Below are positions 1-12,533 of a stretch of 64,000 bases of DNA, in pieces. Each line of letters begins with the position of its first letter. Position 1 is the stretch's first letter. The DNA is from Piromyces finnis finn (lineage: Eukaryota; Fungi; Neocallimastigomycota). The notes beneath the pieces are model-generated. The model saw only the letters and a program-made list of their open reading frames with translations, made no database searches and was not told the DNA's origin. The stretch covers positions 232,420-296,419 of the forward strand of contig MCFH01000063.1 in NCBI GenBank assembly GCA_002104945.1. The letters run 5' to 3'. Both the position numbers and the translations under genes were made by a program.

Positions 1-230
1 AGTTATGATATATGTATTTAGGTTAAATTAATGATATTCATCTTTTCTTATTTATATAATTATATAATTATATTATAAAATACAATGTGTGGTGTGTTCA
101 TTACTTTTCATTATATTATTTGACAACTATATATCCTTTTCTTATTAAATAAAAAAAAAGGATACATTTTGAAAAGATATATAAAAAAAACATTATTTTT
201 TATATATCATAGTGTAAAAGACCACTATTC
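1..230. repeat. 3' flank of paralogue 1, duplicated at 3373-3602
   Basis: agttatgatatatgtatttagg...gaccactattc is near-identical to 3373-3602. Confidence 0.9.
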
Positions 231-1220
231 TTAATTAGAGGAGGTACATTTAGTACCGGTAAAAACTTCGTGAGTTTGTTGACCATTGAATTCATCTGGG
301 TAACCGTAGTTAGTGTAGTAAACGTAGAACTTGTTAACAGTGATTCCGTAGTCTTCAGAAAGTCTTTGTTTGAAAGCACCATCACTAAGGAAGAATGGCT
401 TCTTGGAAACAGCAGAACTGTAAGTACTGTAAACTCTGTAAGAATAGTTAATGTCAACATTGGACCAGCAATTACCAATCTTAACATAGTTCCAGTAGTA
501 ACCATTGCCATCACCACCAACACGAATATCGCTTTCTGGGAAACCAGAAGCAATGCAAAGAAGACGGAAAAGTCTAGCGTAACCGTCTCTGGTACCGAAC
601 TTAGTAACAAGGTTAACAGCAACACTACCAGAATCCTTAACATCAGAAGTACGTAAGTAAGTTTGAGTCTTCTTAGCAATTTCGAAAAGGTTTTCCTTCT
701 TGTAATAATTAGCTAAGCTACTGTAGTTTTTCTTTTCAATACCTAAAGACTTGGCTAATTTTTCAACATAGTCATTAACAAAAGACTTAGTACCTCTACT
801 GTAGAAGGTAACATCCTTGTTAACATCCTTGAAGGAAGTGAGTTCAGCAGTAACCTTTTGGTTACTTAAGTAAACACGCTTTAAGTTCTTACAACCGTTG
901 AAAGTGTAATGATCAAAGTGGAAACTTTCAACACCAGAAGCGATGTAAATAGATTCGAATGGACAGTAACTGTCATTGAAAGTGTGGTCAAGAACACCAG
1001 TAACCTTGAACTTAATACCTTGAACATAAACGTAAGCTGGGAAGGTAACAGACTTGGCAGTAGTAGCATTGTTTCTTAAACCAACAATAGTAGCGGTACC
1101 ACCATTTGGACCAGAAACCCAGAAGTTGAAGGTATCATCGTGTTGTTGCTTATCTAAAATAGCAGCTCCAAAAGCAACTGAAGCGTTAAGAACAGCGAAA
1201 AGTAATTTACCTAATTTCAT
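231..1220 (-). CDS. Secreted BspA-type LRR (LRR_5-like) + transglutaminase-like fold protein, paralogue 1 (329 aa, intronless)
   Basis: Signal peptide MKLGKLLFAVLNASVAFG. LRR_5-like motif YTFNGCKNLKRVYL. C-terminal DGYARLFRLLCIASG...YWNYVKIGNCWSNVD matches the transglutaminase-like pattern CxGYAxxF..L...G...HxWNxV.....W..xD. Codon usage (AAC, TTC, AAG, GGT) is typical of well-expressed genes. Confidence 0.8.
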   Translation of the reverse strand: MKLGKLLFAVLNASVAFGAAILDKQQHDDTFNFWVSGPNGGTATIVGLRNNATTAKSVTFPAYVYVQGIKFKVTGVLDHTFNDSYCPFESIYIASGVESFHFDHYTFNGCKNLKRVYLSNQKVTAELTSFKDVNKDVTFYSRGTKSFVNDYVEKLAKSLGIEKKNYSSLANYYKKENLFEIAKKTQTYLRTSDVKDSGSVAVNLVTKFGTRDGYARLFRLLCIASGFPESDIRVGGDGNGYYWNYVKIGNCWSNVDINYSYRVYSTYSSAVSKKPFFLSDGAFKQRLSEDYGITVNKFYVYYTNYGYPDEFNGQQTHEVFTGTKCTSSN

Positions 1221-1407
1221 TTTTTTTTTTTTTAAATTATTATTATTTATTTAATAATAATGTTTGATGTTTGTGTTGAATTTAATAAAAATTGAGGATA
1301 AACCTTCTTTTTATACTCGTTTCTTTCAAATTAATAAACCATCAATAGTTAAACTATTTAATATATTTAAAATATTAATAAATAAAGTTTGTAGATATAA
1401 TAATTAA
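1221..1407. repeat. 5' flank (promoter region) of paralogue 1, duplicated upstream of paralogue 3 (~7570-7762) and partly of paralogue 2 (~4594-4688)
   Basis: Shared tgtttgatgtttgtgttgaatttaataaaaattgag...tactcgtttctttcaaattaataaaccatc...gtttgtagatataataattaa. Confidence 0.85.
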
Positions 1408-3602
1408 AAAAAAAAAATTTTTTTTTATTGGAAATTAAAATAAATTAATTGATAAACACAATGTTTATTATTATTCATTTAAATTAAAGGTTAAATCTTA
1501 TAAAATAAAATTAAAAAATAATATTCTTTTTTTTATTATTATTATTATTCTAATGATTGATTGTTTAAATGGTATTATTATTATTATTAAAATAAAAAAG
1601 AATTCCTTATTAAAAGTATTAAATAAATAAACAAATAATATTAAATATTATTATTATAATAATAATAATAGTGTTATAATAATAAATAATAATAGTATAA
1701 TTATTAAATAACAATAGTATAATAATAATAATAATAATAATAAAATGTTATTATAATAGTATTATCTTTTTATTATTATTACTCTATTTATTAGTATTAT
1801 TATAATTATAATGGTTACTTTATTATGTATAAACTTTATTCTTTTAATAAAAATAAAAAATAATACATAATAATAAACTTGGCCATAGTATAATAGTATC
1901 TTTATTTTATTATTATAAAAGATATATTCTTTTAATAATTATTATAATTAATTATTGTCTTAATTTTTTTTTAACATAGTACAAATTTAATAGAGCCAGC
2001 AACACCTTTATTATTTTTTTTTATAAAAACTATAAAATATTCAGTAATGTATTTTTAAATCGTTATTTTATATAGATAACTTTGAAATATAAAAGGGTAA
2101 TTAACATATTTAAGTTTGATAAAAAAAAATAATAATAATGTAATTTCTTTTTTCTTTTTTTTTTTTTTTTGACAATGTATTTAAAATCCCATTCAACCAA
2201 TTTAATTAAAAAAAAAACATTTCATTTTTATAGGTGTGTTGAGTTGTATAATGGAAGTTGCTATTTTATTGGAAAAACTGAAGCAACTATTTTAATTAAT
2301 ATTTTGATCCATGATATAAATTATAAAAAAATAAACTATTGAACACAAATAGAAATAGATAGTAATGCCTAGTCATTTTAATTAAAAGAAAGTAAAATAA
2401 AAACAAAAATATAATAAAATGGGATAGTACTTTATGACTTTTTTATGAGACCCTTCAATGCTAAATATAAAATTTTAGTAATATTATGAATTGTGATGAC
2501 GTTAGTGTTTTGTCTTGCTATTTCTTTGGTATCGGTAAGTCTAGATGAGTAATCTAAACATTTTAAATATTGGCCATTTATGTCCTTTAATTACACAGAC
2601 AAAAAATGTTAATGATTTTTTTTTTTTAAAAAAAAATGGTTATTTTCAAGTGAAAGAATTTAAAATGCACTTTTCATTCATTTCATAGAATTTTTTTATT
2701 TAGTATTTTCTTCTTTCTTTCTCCAAAAATAATTTTAAATACTTTTTTTTTATTTTCTGAACACATTAAATTAATAAATAATTATACACAAATTAATATC
2801 CACATTAATATCCACATATTCTCTCAAAAAGATTATTAATAAAAAAAGCTATTCTTTTCAATTATTATTTTTTTTAAACTAAAAATAAAATCAAAATTTA
2901 AAAAAAGAATATTCTATTATAAATTTGTCTCCATTTTATTTTTATTATTAAATAAAATTAAATATTTTAATTAAAAATAAATTAAATATTTACTTTATGT
3001 GATAAATTAAAAATGAAAAGAAAAAGAGAACAATAATAACAATGAAATGAAAATCTTTTTACTTATTTAAAGTTTATTCAATAATAAAAAAAAAAAGGAC
3101 ACTTTTGGCCTTTACTTTTTATAGTGTAGTAGTAAAAGATAAAAAAGAATACTTTGACCATTTTATTTTATTATAAATAAAACTATAGATAAAATGAAAA
3201 TATAAAATCTTTGGTTTTATTTTTTGCTTTTATTTAATTAGGATGATTATTATATTATATATATATAAATATATAATAATTTTAATTTCTAAATTTATGC
3301 ATTATTTACTAAAACTATTATTGTTATATAACAATTATTTTTATATAGATACATTTATTTTTATATAATAATAGTTATGATATATGTATTTAGGTTAAAT
3401 TAATGATATTCATCTTTTCTTATTTATATAATTATATAATTATATTATAAAATACAATGTGTGGTGTGTTCATTACTTTTCATTATATTATTTGACAACT
3501 ATATATCCTTTTCTTATTAAATAAAAAAAAAGGATACATTTTGAAAAGATATATAAAAAAAATATTATTTTTTATATATCATAGTGTAAAAGACCACTAT
3601 TC

Positions 3603-4593
3603 TTAATTAGAGGAAGTACATTTAGTACCGGTAAAAACTTCGTGAGTTTGTTGACCATTGAATTCATCTGGGTAACCGTAGTTAGTGTAGTAAACGTAGA
3701 ACTTGTTAACAGTGATTCCGTAGTCTTCAGAAAGTCTTTGTTTGAAAGCACCATCACTAAGGAAGAATGGCTTTTCGGAAACAGAAGAACTGTAAGTACT
3801 GTAAACTCTGAATGGGTAGATAACGTTAACCATGTGCCAACAATAGTTAATCTTAACATAATTCCAATAATGACCATTGCCATCACCACCAACACGAATA
3901 TCGCTTTCTGGGAAACCAGAAGCAATGCAAAGAAGACGGAAAAGTCTAGCGTAACCATCAGTAGTACCGTACTTGGTAACAAGGTTAACAGCAACACTAC
4001 CAGAATCCTTAACATTAGACATACGTAAATAGTTATAAGTCTTTTTAGCAATTTCGAAAATGTTTTCCTTCTTTTGATTAGCAGTTAATTTATCATAATT
4101 TATCTTTTGAATACTTAAAGATTTGGCTAATTTTTCAACATAAGAATCAACAAAGGACTTAGTACTTCTGCCGCGGAAAGAAACATCCTTGTTAACATCC
4201 TTGAAGGAAGTGAGTTCAAGCAGTAACCTTTTGGTTACTTAAGTTAACATACTTTAAGTTCTTACAACCTTTGAAAGTGTAATGATCAAAGTGGAAACTT
4301 TCAACATTAGAAGCAACAGTAATAGATTCGAATGGACAGTAAATGCCATTGAAAGTGTGGTCAAGAACACCAGTAACCTTGAATTTAATACCTTGAACAT
4401 AAACATAAGCTGGGAAGGTAACAGACTTGGCAGTAGTAGCATTGTTTCTTAAACCAACAATAGTAGCGGTACCACCATTTGGACCAGAAACCCAGAAGTT
4501 GAAGGTATCATTGTGTTGTTACTTATCTAAAATAGAAGCTCCAAAAGCAACTGAAGCGTTAAGAACAGCGAAAAGTAATTTACCTAATTTCAT
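3603..4593 (-). pseudogene. Paralogue 2 of the BspA-LRR/TGase-like gene, interrupted by a 1-bp insertion
   Basis: ATG at 4593 and stop at 3603 span 991 nt versus 990 in copy 1. An extra A at 4218-4219 (ttcaagc vs ttcagc) gives ACT GCT TGA on the minus strand. The frame is open on both sides of the lesion. May be an assembly error. Confidence 0.75.
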
Positions 4594-5338
4594 TTTTTTT
4601 TTTTAAATTATTATTATTTATTTAATAATAATGTTTGATGTTTGTGTTGAATTTAATAAAAATTGAGGATAAACCTTCATTTTATACTTTTTTTTTCTCT
4701 TAATCTTGAATAAAATTAATGAAATATTAATAAATAGAGTTTATAAACAATAAAACTAATTAAAAATTACAATAATAATTATTAATATATAAAAAAAAAA
4801 AAAGATTTATTTATTTAAATGAATGAAACATTATTAAATAAAATTAAATAATAAATTGTTTATATTATTATGTTTGAAGGTCACTCTTTTAGATTTTATA
4901 ATAATATCAACTTTATTAATAATAATTAATGAAAAAAAAAAAGAAAAAGCTACTCATATTAATATTCACTAAGATTATTAAAACTATCATTAATTAACCT
5001 ATTTAAACTATGAGAATTATTCAAATTTAATAAGGAATTAGAATTAGAATCATCATCATTACTAAAAATACAATTAAATCTAGCATAATAATTACAATTA
5101 TCACTATTATTATTATTAATATTATTAATGATATTCCTAATATTATTATTATTTTTATTATTATTACTCTAATTAATATAATATATATATGTTATACAAT
5201 ATTAATTAACAATAGTGATATTGGAATGTATTCTGAAGATTCATATCATAAAATCATGTCCTTAAACTTGTATAAGAATATATGTGAAAAGGCTACCAAA
5301 AATAAAGACATCATTAAACCTAAACTAGATTATCAATA

Positions 5339-5369
<31 letters not shown>

Positions 5370-6561
5370 ATAGGATGTAAAAGCTTATTAAAAGTATTAA
5401 ATAACAATATTACTGACTTATTATAATTTATTTGTATTATAAATAGGATTAATAATTCAATAAATAAATTTAAAAAAATATTTAAATATATGCAAAAAAA
5501 ATTTTTTTTATAAAAATTTTTCTAATTGTTAATAAAATATTTTATAATTTTTACTTTTAAAAAATAATATAGATTATAAATTATTTTTATTTTTACAATA
5601 TTTTTAAAAAATAGTTTCTTATTTAAAATTTTCAGTATTTTCATTTTTTTTTCATCTTCTTCATCATTGTATATTCCTGTAATCAACTTTGAAAGACATC
5701 TTGAATTATCCTAAACGGATCTTCAAAAGATAATCGAGAAATAAAAGAATAATTTTCATTCCAAAACGAGACATGAGTGTAACTGTATTATCACGACACA
5801 TGAAATTAGTTAGTAATAATTGTTATTAAAAATATATATTGTTTATATAGATTAAAAACCTTTATTTAAATTATAAAAATATATATTACATATGTATTTT
5901 AATAATTAAAAAAAAAAAAATAAATATTATTGAATACAGGCAAGAATATAATAATTGTATTTTTTGACTCTTTTAATGTGATTCAATGGCTAAAGACAAA
6001 AATTTTAGTAGAATTATGATCATTTACTACCTCAAACTTATTATATTTCTTTTTAATTATCCAGTAACTACATAAGTAAAGAAATTTTAAATTAACCATC
6101 AAAAATAATAATTCCTTTAAAAATATAAGGATTAATTTAACACTTTGAAAATTTAATAAATGAAAAATAAAATAGAAAAAAAAAAAAAAAAAAAAAAGAA
6201 TATTAAAACTTTTTTTTAATTAAAATAATATTACTTTTTTGCTTTTATTTAATTATGGTGATTATAAATATATATATAATGATTTTAATTTCTAAATTAA
6301 TGTATTATTAAATATGACAATTATTTTTATATAGATACATTTATTTTTATATAATAATAATTATGATATATGTTAATTTAATTGTATTTATAAATGATTT
6401 TATAATTTGTTATAAATATAATGATGTGATGTTCATTACTTTTCACTTTTTATTAAATCATATATACCTTTTCTTTTTTAAAAGGGATATATTTTGAAAT
6501 GATAAATAAAAAAAACATTATTTTTTATTATCCATTATAAATTGGATGATGATATATCAGT

Positions 6562-7569
6562 TTACTTTAAACGTTCACCAACTTGAGAATTAAGGTAGTA
6601 GTCAAGTTTATCATAGGTTTGTTGACCTCTGAATTCATCTGGGTAACCATAGTTCTTGAACCAAACAATGTAGTTACTTGGATTAACATTGATACCTTGT
6701 TCTTCAGAAAGTCTTTGTTTAAAAGCAGCATTACCAAGGAAGAATGGCTTCTTGGAAACAGCAGAACTGTAAGTACTGTAAACTCTGTATGGGTAATCAA
6801 TATTAACATTGTACCAATAACCACTGAATCTAATATAGTTCCAGTAGTGACCATTGTTATCACCACCAACAAGAATACGGTTTTCTGGTAAACCAGAAGC
6901 AATGCAAAGAAGACGGAAAAGTCTAGCGTAACCGTCTCTGGTACCGAACTTAGTAACAAGGTTAACAGCAACACTACCAGAATCCTTAACATCAGAAGTA
7001 CGTAAGTAAGTTTGAGTCTTCTTAGCAATTTCGAAAATGTTTTCCTTTTCTTCATAAGTAGTTAATTTATCATAATTTATCTTTTGAATACTTAAAGATT
7101 TGGCTAATTTTTCAACATAGTCGTTAACAAAAGACTTAGTACCCATGCTGTAGAAGGTAACATCCTTGTTAACATCCTTGAAAGCAGTAAGTTCAGTAGT
7201 GATCTTTTGGTTGAATAAGTAAACACTCTTTAAGTTCTTACAACCGTTGAAAGTGTAATGATCAAAGTGGAAACTTTCAACATTAGAAGCAACAGTAATA
7301 GATTCGAATGGACAGTAACTGTCATTGAAAGTGTGGTCAAGAACACCAGTAACCTTGAACTTAATACCTTGAACATAAACGTAAGCTGGGAAGGTAACAG
7401 ACTTGGCAGTAGTAGCATTGTTTCTTAAACCAACAATAGTAGCGGTACCACCATTTGGACCAGAAACCCAGAAGTTGAAGGTATCATCGTGTTGTTGCTT
7501 ATCTAAAATAGCAGCTCCAAAAGCAACTGAAGCGTTAAGAACAGCGAAAAGTAATTTACCTAATTTCAT
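6562..7569 (-). CDS. Paralogue 3 of the BspA-LRR/TGase-like gene (335 aa)
   Basis: ORF track. N-terminal ~85 aa identical to copy 1. Divergent C-terminus (YDKLDYYLNSQVGERLK). Confidence 0.8.
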   Translation of the reverse strand: MKLGKLLFAVLNASVAFGAAILDKQQHDDTFNFWVSGPNGGTATIVGLRNNATTAKSVTFPAYVYVQGIKFKVTGVLDHTFNDSYCPFESITVASNVESFHFDHYTFNGCKNLKSVYLFNQKITTELTAFKDVNKDVTFYSMGTKSFVNDYVEKLAKSLSIQKINYDKLTTYEEKENIFEIAKKTQTYLRTSDVKDSGSVAVNLVTKFGTRDGYARLFRLLCIASGLPENRILVGGDNNGHYWNYIRFSGYWYNVNIDYPYRVYSTYSSAVSKKPFFLGNAAFKQRLSEEQGINVNPSNYIVWFKNYGYPDEFRGQQTYDKLDYYLNSQVGERLK

Positions 7570-10500
7570 TTTTTTTTTTTAAATTATTATTATTTATTTA
7601 ATAATAATGTTTGATGTTTGTGTTGAATTTAATAAAAATTGAGAATAAACCTTCTTTTTATACTCGTTTCTTTCAAATTAATAAACCATCAATAAAAATA
7701 ATAGTTAAACTGTTTAATATATTTAAAATATTAATAAATAAAGTTTGTAGATATAATAATTAATTATTTCAATTGGAATTGAATAAATTAATTATCCATA
7801 AACATTTATAAAAATAAATTAAAATTTTAATAACTATAAAACCAAACATAAAATAGTATTAGATAAACTTTTTTACTATGTAATAATAATAATAATAAAA
7901 GTGATTATCATTTTAAATAAGATTGAATAACAATAATAATAACCAATAAATAATAATAATAATTAATATTATAGTATTCATATTACTATTATAGGTAATA
8001 GGTAGTGGTAGTAGTAGTTGTTGTTGTTACTATACTAATGATTATTATCTATTATTACAACTTATTATTTCCTAAGTAATAAACTTTTAAACTTTAACTT
8101 GATAATAAATTTAATTATATTATTCATTAGAGAATAATATTATTTTAAACTTACATATCATTATTTTAGTAATAAAAGTTAATTCAACCAATGTCTAAAA
8201 GAAAAATAGAATAATCTTTAAAAATAAGAGAATTAATACAAAAAATGAATATTTTTTCAATATTTCTTTTCTTCAACAAGAACAAATAACAAAGAAAAAA
8301 TAGACACAACTTTTCTCTTATGAATAGATTATTTAATTATTATAATATTTAAATAATAATAAATAATAGTAAATAATAATAAATAATAATAAATAACAAT
8401 GGACAATAATAATAAATATTATTTAAATGATATTTAAATAATAATAAATTATAATGGACAAAGGCAATCAATATTCATTTTAAAAGTTATTTTGATTTTA
8501 CTATTGAATTATAAAAAAAGTTTTAATTAGTTTGTGTAACTTTTTTTATTATCAAACACTTTTCTTTATTTGTATAAAAAACAAAGATTTTAATTAAAAA
8601 TTAATTTAAAAAATGTTTTATTAAAAAATATTACACAATAAAAATAATAAAAATGGTAAAAGAATTAATATTGTTAAAACAATAATTAATTAATTTTTAT
8701 AATATTTAATGTTTACTTTTTTTTAAATAAAATTGTTGATCATCCTCAAATTTATATTAAGTAATTATTTTTAACCAATGAATTAAGGTTTCCAGACTTT
8801 TAAAATAATAATTAATTAAATTATAGAATATTATTTTAATTAAATTCATTTAATTAACTCTTTAAACTTTAAAATATCTATTTTTTATTTAATATTTAAT
8901 ATTTACCAAAAACTTTTTTTAATATTTCTATTTTAATTTAAAAAAAGTTAAATGTAACAGAATAATAAATAAATTAAAATAAAATGAAATAAATAATGAA
9001 AAATAATAAGGATAAAACAAATCAATTTATATAAAATATTTTAAACCTTTGAAATAGAATAAAAAAGAAATATAGAAAATAAATAACTGGTTTTATGGAA
9101 ATATTATTTATATTTATGTTATATAATAATAGAGTTGTCTTTAAAAAATTAAAAAATATTACTTTTATATTTTATTTTGTGGTGTTTCAATATTCTTTTC
9201 ATTCATTAAATTAATTGAATATATCTTTTATTAATAAATAAAATTAATTAAAGTTTAATTAATAATAAATTTAATAATTAAAGTTTTTTTAATTTATTGA
9301 AACTATTTAATATACATTTAATATAATAATTTTTTATACAGAAATTTAAATTGATCACAAAAAATTTGTTTATTATTAAAAGAAAAATTAATTAAAATTA
9401 ATGGAATGGGATGATTTTCTTTTAACTCTACATAATAATAGAATGAATGAAAGAAACATTTCCTTCATAAATAGGTTTGAAAAGGTTAAAAAAATAATAT
9501 ATAATATATATTTTATTTTTAAAAAAGTTTAACAATACTTTATTAAATACCTTACATAATGATTTTAAAATTGTCTTTTTTTTTTTTTTTATTTTTTTAT
9601 TTATAATATTATTATTGAATTAAAATATACTCTTTTTCTACTATAAATTTATTTTTATAGTAAAAGGATTAGAATATATATCTTTTATTTATTTATTTGT
9701 CACTTTATTAATACCTATAAACATAATACTTTATTCTTGTTTAAAATAACAACCAAATGAAAAAATTGTTTTTAATAAAATAATAAATGAAATATATGAA
9801 TAATACAGTTATAATAATTTGTTTTTCCTTTATAATTGAACAAAAATGAAATGTTTATGCGTTTTTGTTAAAAACAAAAAAGGAAAAAATGGTGTAAATT
9901 ATAATAGAATGGATTAAAAGTTTTTTTTTAAAATAGATGAAAAATAAAAATAATATTAAATTATAGTTTTCACAAAATATTATTTTCGTGTTTGTTTTAT
10001 ATTAAACAAAAATATATATAATATTTAATCCTTTTTTTTTTTTTTTACTTCCAGATATATGTATATTTGATTCAAAATTAATAATAATAAACAACTAAAA
10101 AAAAGGTTAGTTTTAAACATATAAATTAAAATTATTTAGATTGTAAAATTTAGATTGTAAAAATAAAATAATATTTATGTTTTTTTTTTATGTATTTGTA
10201 TTTTATAAAATTATTAATTGAACCACTTTTTTTTATTATTTTTTGGTTATTTTTAGGGATTTAAGAAATTTACAATATTTATATTATAAAAAATAAATAT
10301 AAATAAAAGATTATAAAACCCAAATAATTTTTTAAGTGTAAAGTAAATTTATTTCTGACAAGAATTATATATATATTGTAATTGTAAAAAGGTTAATTTA
10401 TTTGTGAATGAATTAACTTTTTTGTAATGATAAAATATTAATTATTATATTTATAGTAGTATTCTAAAGGTTATATTAAAAATTCTTCATATCAAATAAT

Positions 10501-10867
10501 CTAGTTTATAAAACGAATTTTTAAATTTAGTTTTATATCTTTAATAACTAAAAATGTTTTATTTATCTCTTTTAATAACACTAATATAAACTGTTAATTC
10601 TTTTTTATTATTATTATTATTATTATACTTTAAAGTTTTTTATATTTTTAAATTATGTATTATTTATTTATATAATTATTTACATTTTATTAAATATTAT
10701 ATAATATTCTATTATAATGAAACATTTATATAAGTATTAAAAAAATTAAAAAAGAAAAAGGAAAATGAAATATTTATATTTTTATTTCTATATAGGATCC
10801 CCTTTTTTTTAATAAGGTTTTTTCCTCTCTATTATTATGATAATATTATATATAATTTATTTTTTTA

Positions 10868-12533
10868 TTAATAATTATCTTCTATTGGTGGTAATTCTGC
10901 TCTCTCTATACAGTTTGGTAAACGTTGATTTCTATTGGAAAAATTATTTGAATAGGAATTTATATTACTAAAATTAAAAGTTACATTAGTATATTCATCC
11001 TCATTACTATTGGATCCTTTACTTCTATTAGATAAAAATGAAGGATCATTTAAACCCATCGCTGTGAACCTTAAATTATTTGCATTAATTGTAATGCTGG
11101 TATCACCGGAATATCTATTTTCTAATAAATTACTTTTACTTTCCTCAGCTTCTTTATTTAAATTGAGATTACTTAATTTTTCGTAGTACAATTTAGAACC
11201 ATTGATATTTTTATTAAATTGATTACTAATACTACTTAGATTAAAATTATTGCATGATTTATTACAAGAAGGTGTTGTTGTTGCATTGATACTGGATTCA
11301 TTCTTTAAATGAAGTAGTAAAATTTGATCAATAAAAATCATATAGTATTGTACATTAGCAATCATTGTTCGTATATCTTCAAAAGAGAATTCTAAGTTTT
11401 GATATCCTTTTTTATTTCGATAGTAAAATTTGAGAATAATGGATACGGAACATATTGGCAGGAAAACAATAGAAATAATAATAGAAATAAGAATTCTAAA
11501 TTCTGAAACATTTCTAAATCTTTTTAGGAAACCAAATTCAGATTGTCCCATTTCATTAAGTTTTCTTTTCAGGACAAAGAATACCGTGAAATCGTATATT
11601 AATGAAGTATATATAATGGATATTTGAATAACCCAATAGGTGTTATAAAAATTATTGACCACTTGTCCATCAAAAACACCATTAACATCATATAATTTTT
11701 CGGGTTTGAGGGTGAAATGGAAAAGGATAAGAGAAAGTTTTGCCAAATTGAATAAGGCACAAGATAAGTAGACATACCATATGGATCTATCTTTTGTTAC
11801 TGCTTTCGTACGAATCAGTGGATACCAATCAGCAATCATTTCCCCAAAATACCAACAAACTGTACCTATTTGACGTGTGAAAAACCATCTAAATGGATGC
11901 ATTTCCGTAAAATATACATTATTTTGACATATATAGGATACATTTCCATTTTCGTCAGTTATTGGAGTATTGGAATAATAATGTTTAAAATATTCACCCA
12001 ATTTATCTATTACATCTCCAGAACCACTATAAAGAAAAAATATTATTTATTTATATTAATATAGTTAAAAAAAAAATTAAATAAATTTTTTTTAAATTAT
12101 TATAAAAAGTGTAATATTAATATCCTATTAAAATTATTAATTATTAATTTATATGTATATATTTAATATGTAATTTCATAATAATTAATAAAGAGTATTA
12201 TTGATATTTTTACCGTATAAGAAAATGAAGTAAAATAATTTTCATTACAGGTTTTTTAAAGCTGAATCGATGAATAATGAAAATAAGTAAAGTCCAATAA
12301 AAGAAATTAAATGTAAAAATTTTAGATATTGCATAAATGGCAATTCTAATAGATTCAATTTTATTATTGATAACGTCTTCTTCTGAAAGTGAATTTAAAT
12401 ATTGTATATAACATGTAAAATTAGTTCCTTTACTTCTTAACCATTGAAAATATGTAGCTTGATCTCTATTACTTTCAATAAAATATTGTCTTTCTGATTG
12501 TTCAATAGCTTGAATCTGCTCAAGTGTTAACAT
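10868..12533 (-). CDS. Multi-pass membrane protein, 7TM/GPCR-like; join(12533..12214,12026..10868), ~492 aa
   Basis: The GT donor at 12213 and AG acceptor at 12027 join in frame (ILLHFLIR-GSGDVIDKLG); total 1479 nt. About seven hydrophobic segments by eye, followed by an Asn/Ser-rich tail. GPCR identity is inferred. Confidence 0.7.

Noticed and set aside
200-7418. Overlapping alternative-frame and antisense ORFs (e.g. 200-679, 270-656, 881-1069, 3572-4051, 3642-4028, 6567-7055, 6583-6891, 7230-7418)
   Set aside because: Shadows of the codon-biased real genes; they recur in each paralogue only because the DNA is duplicated.
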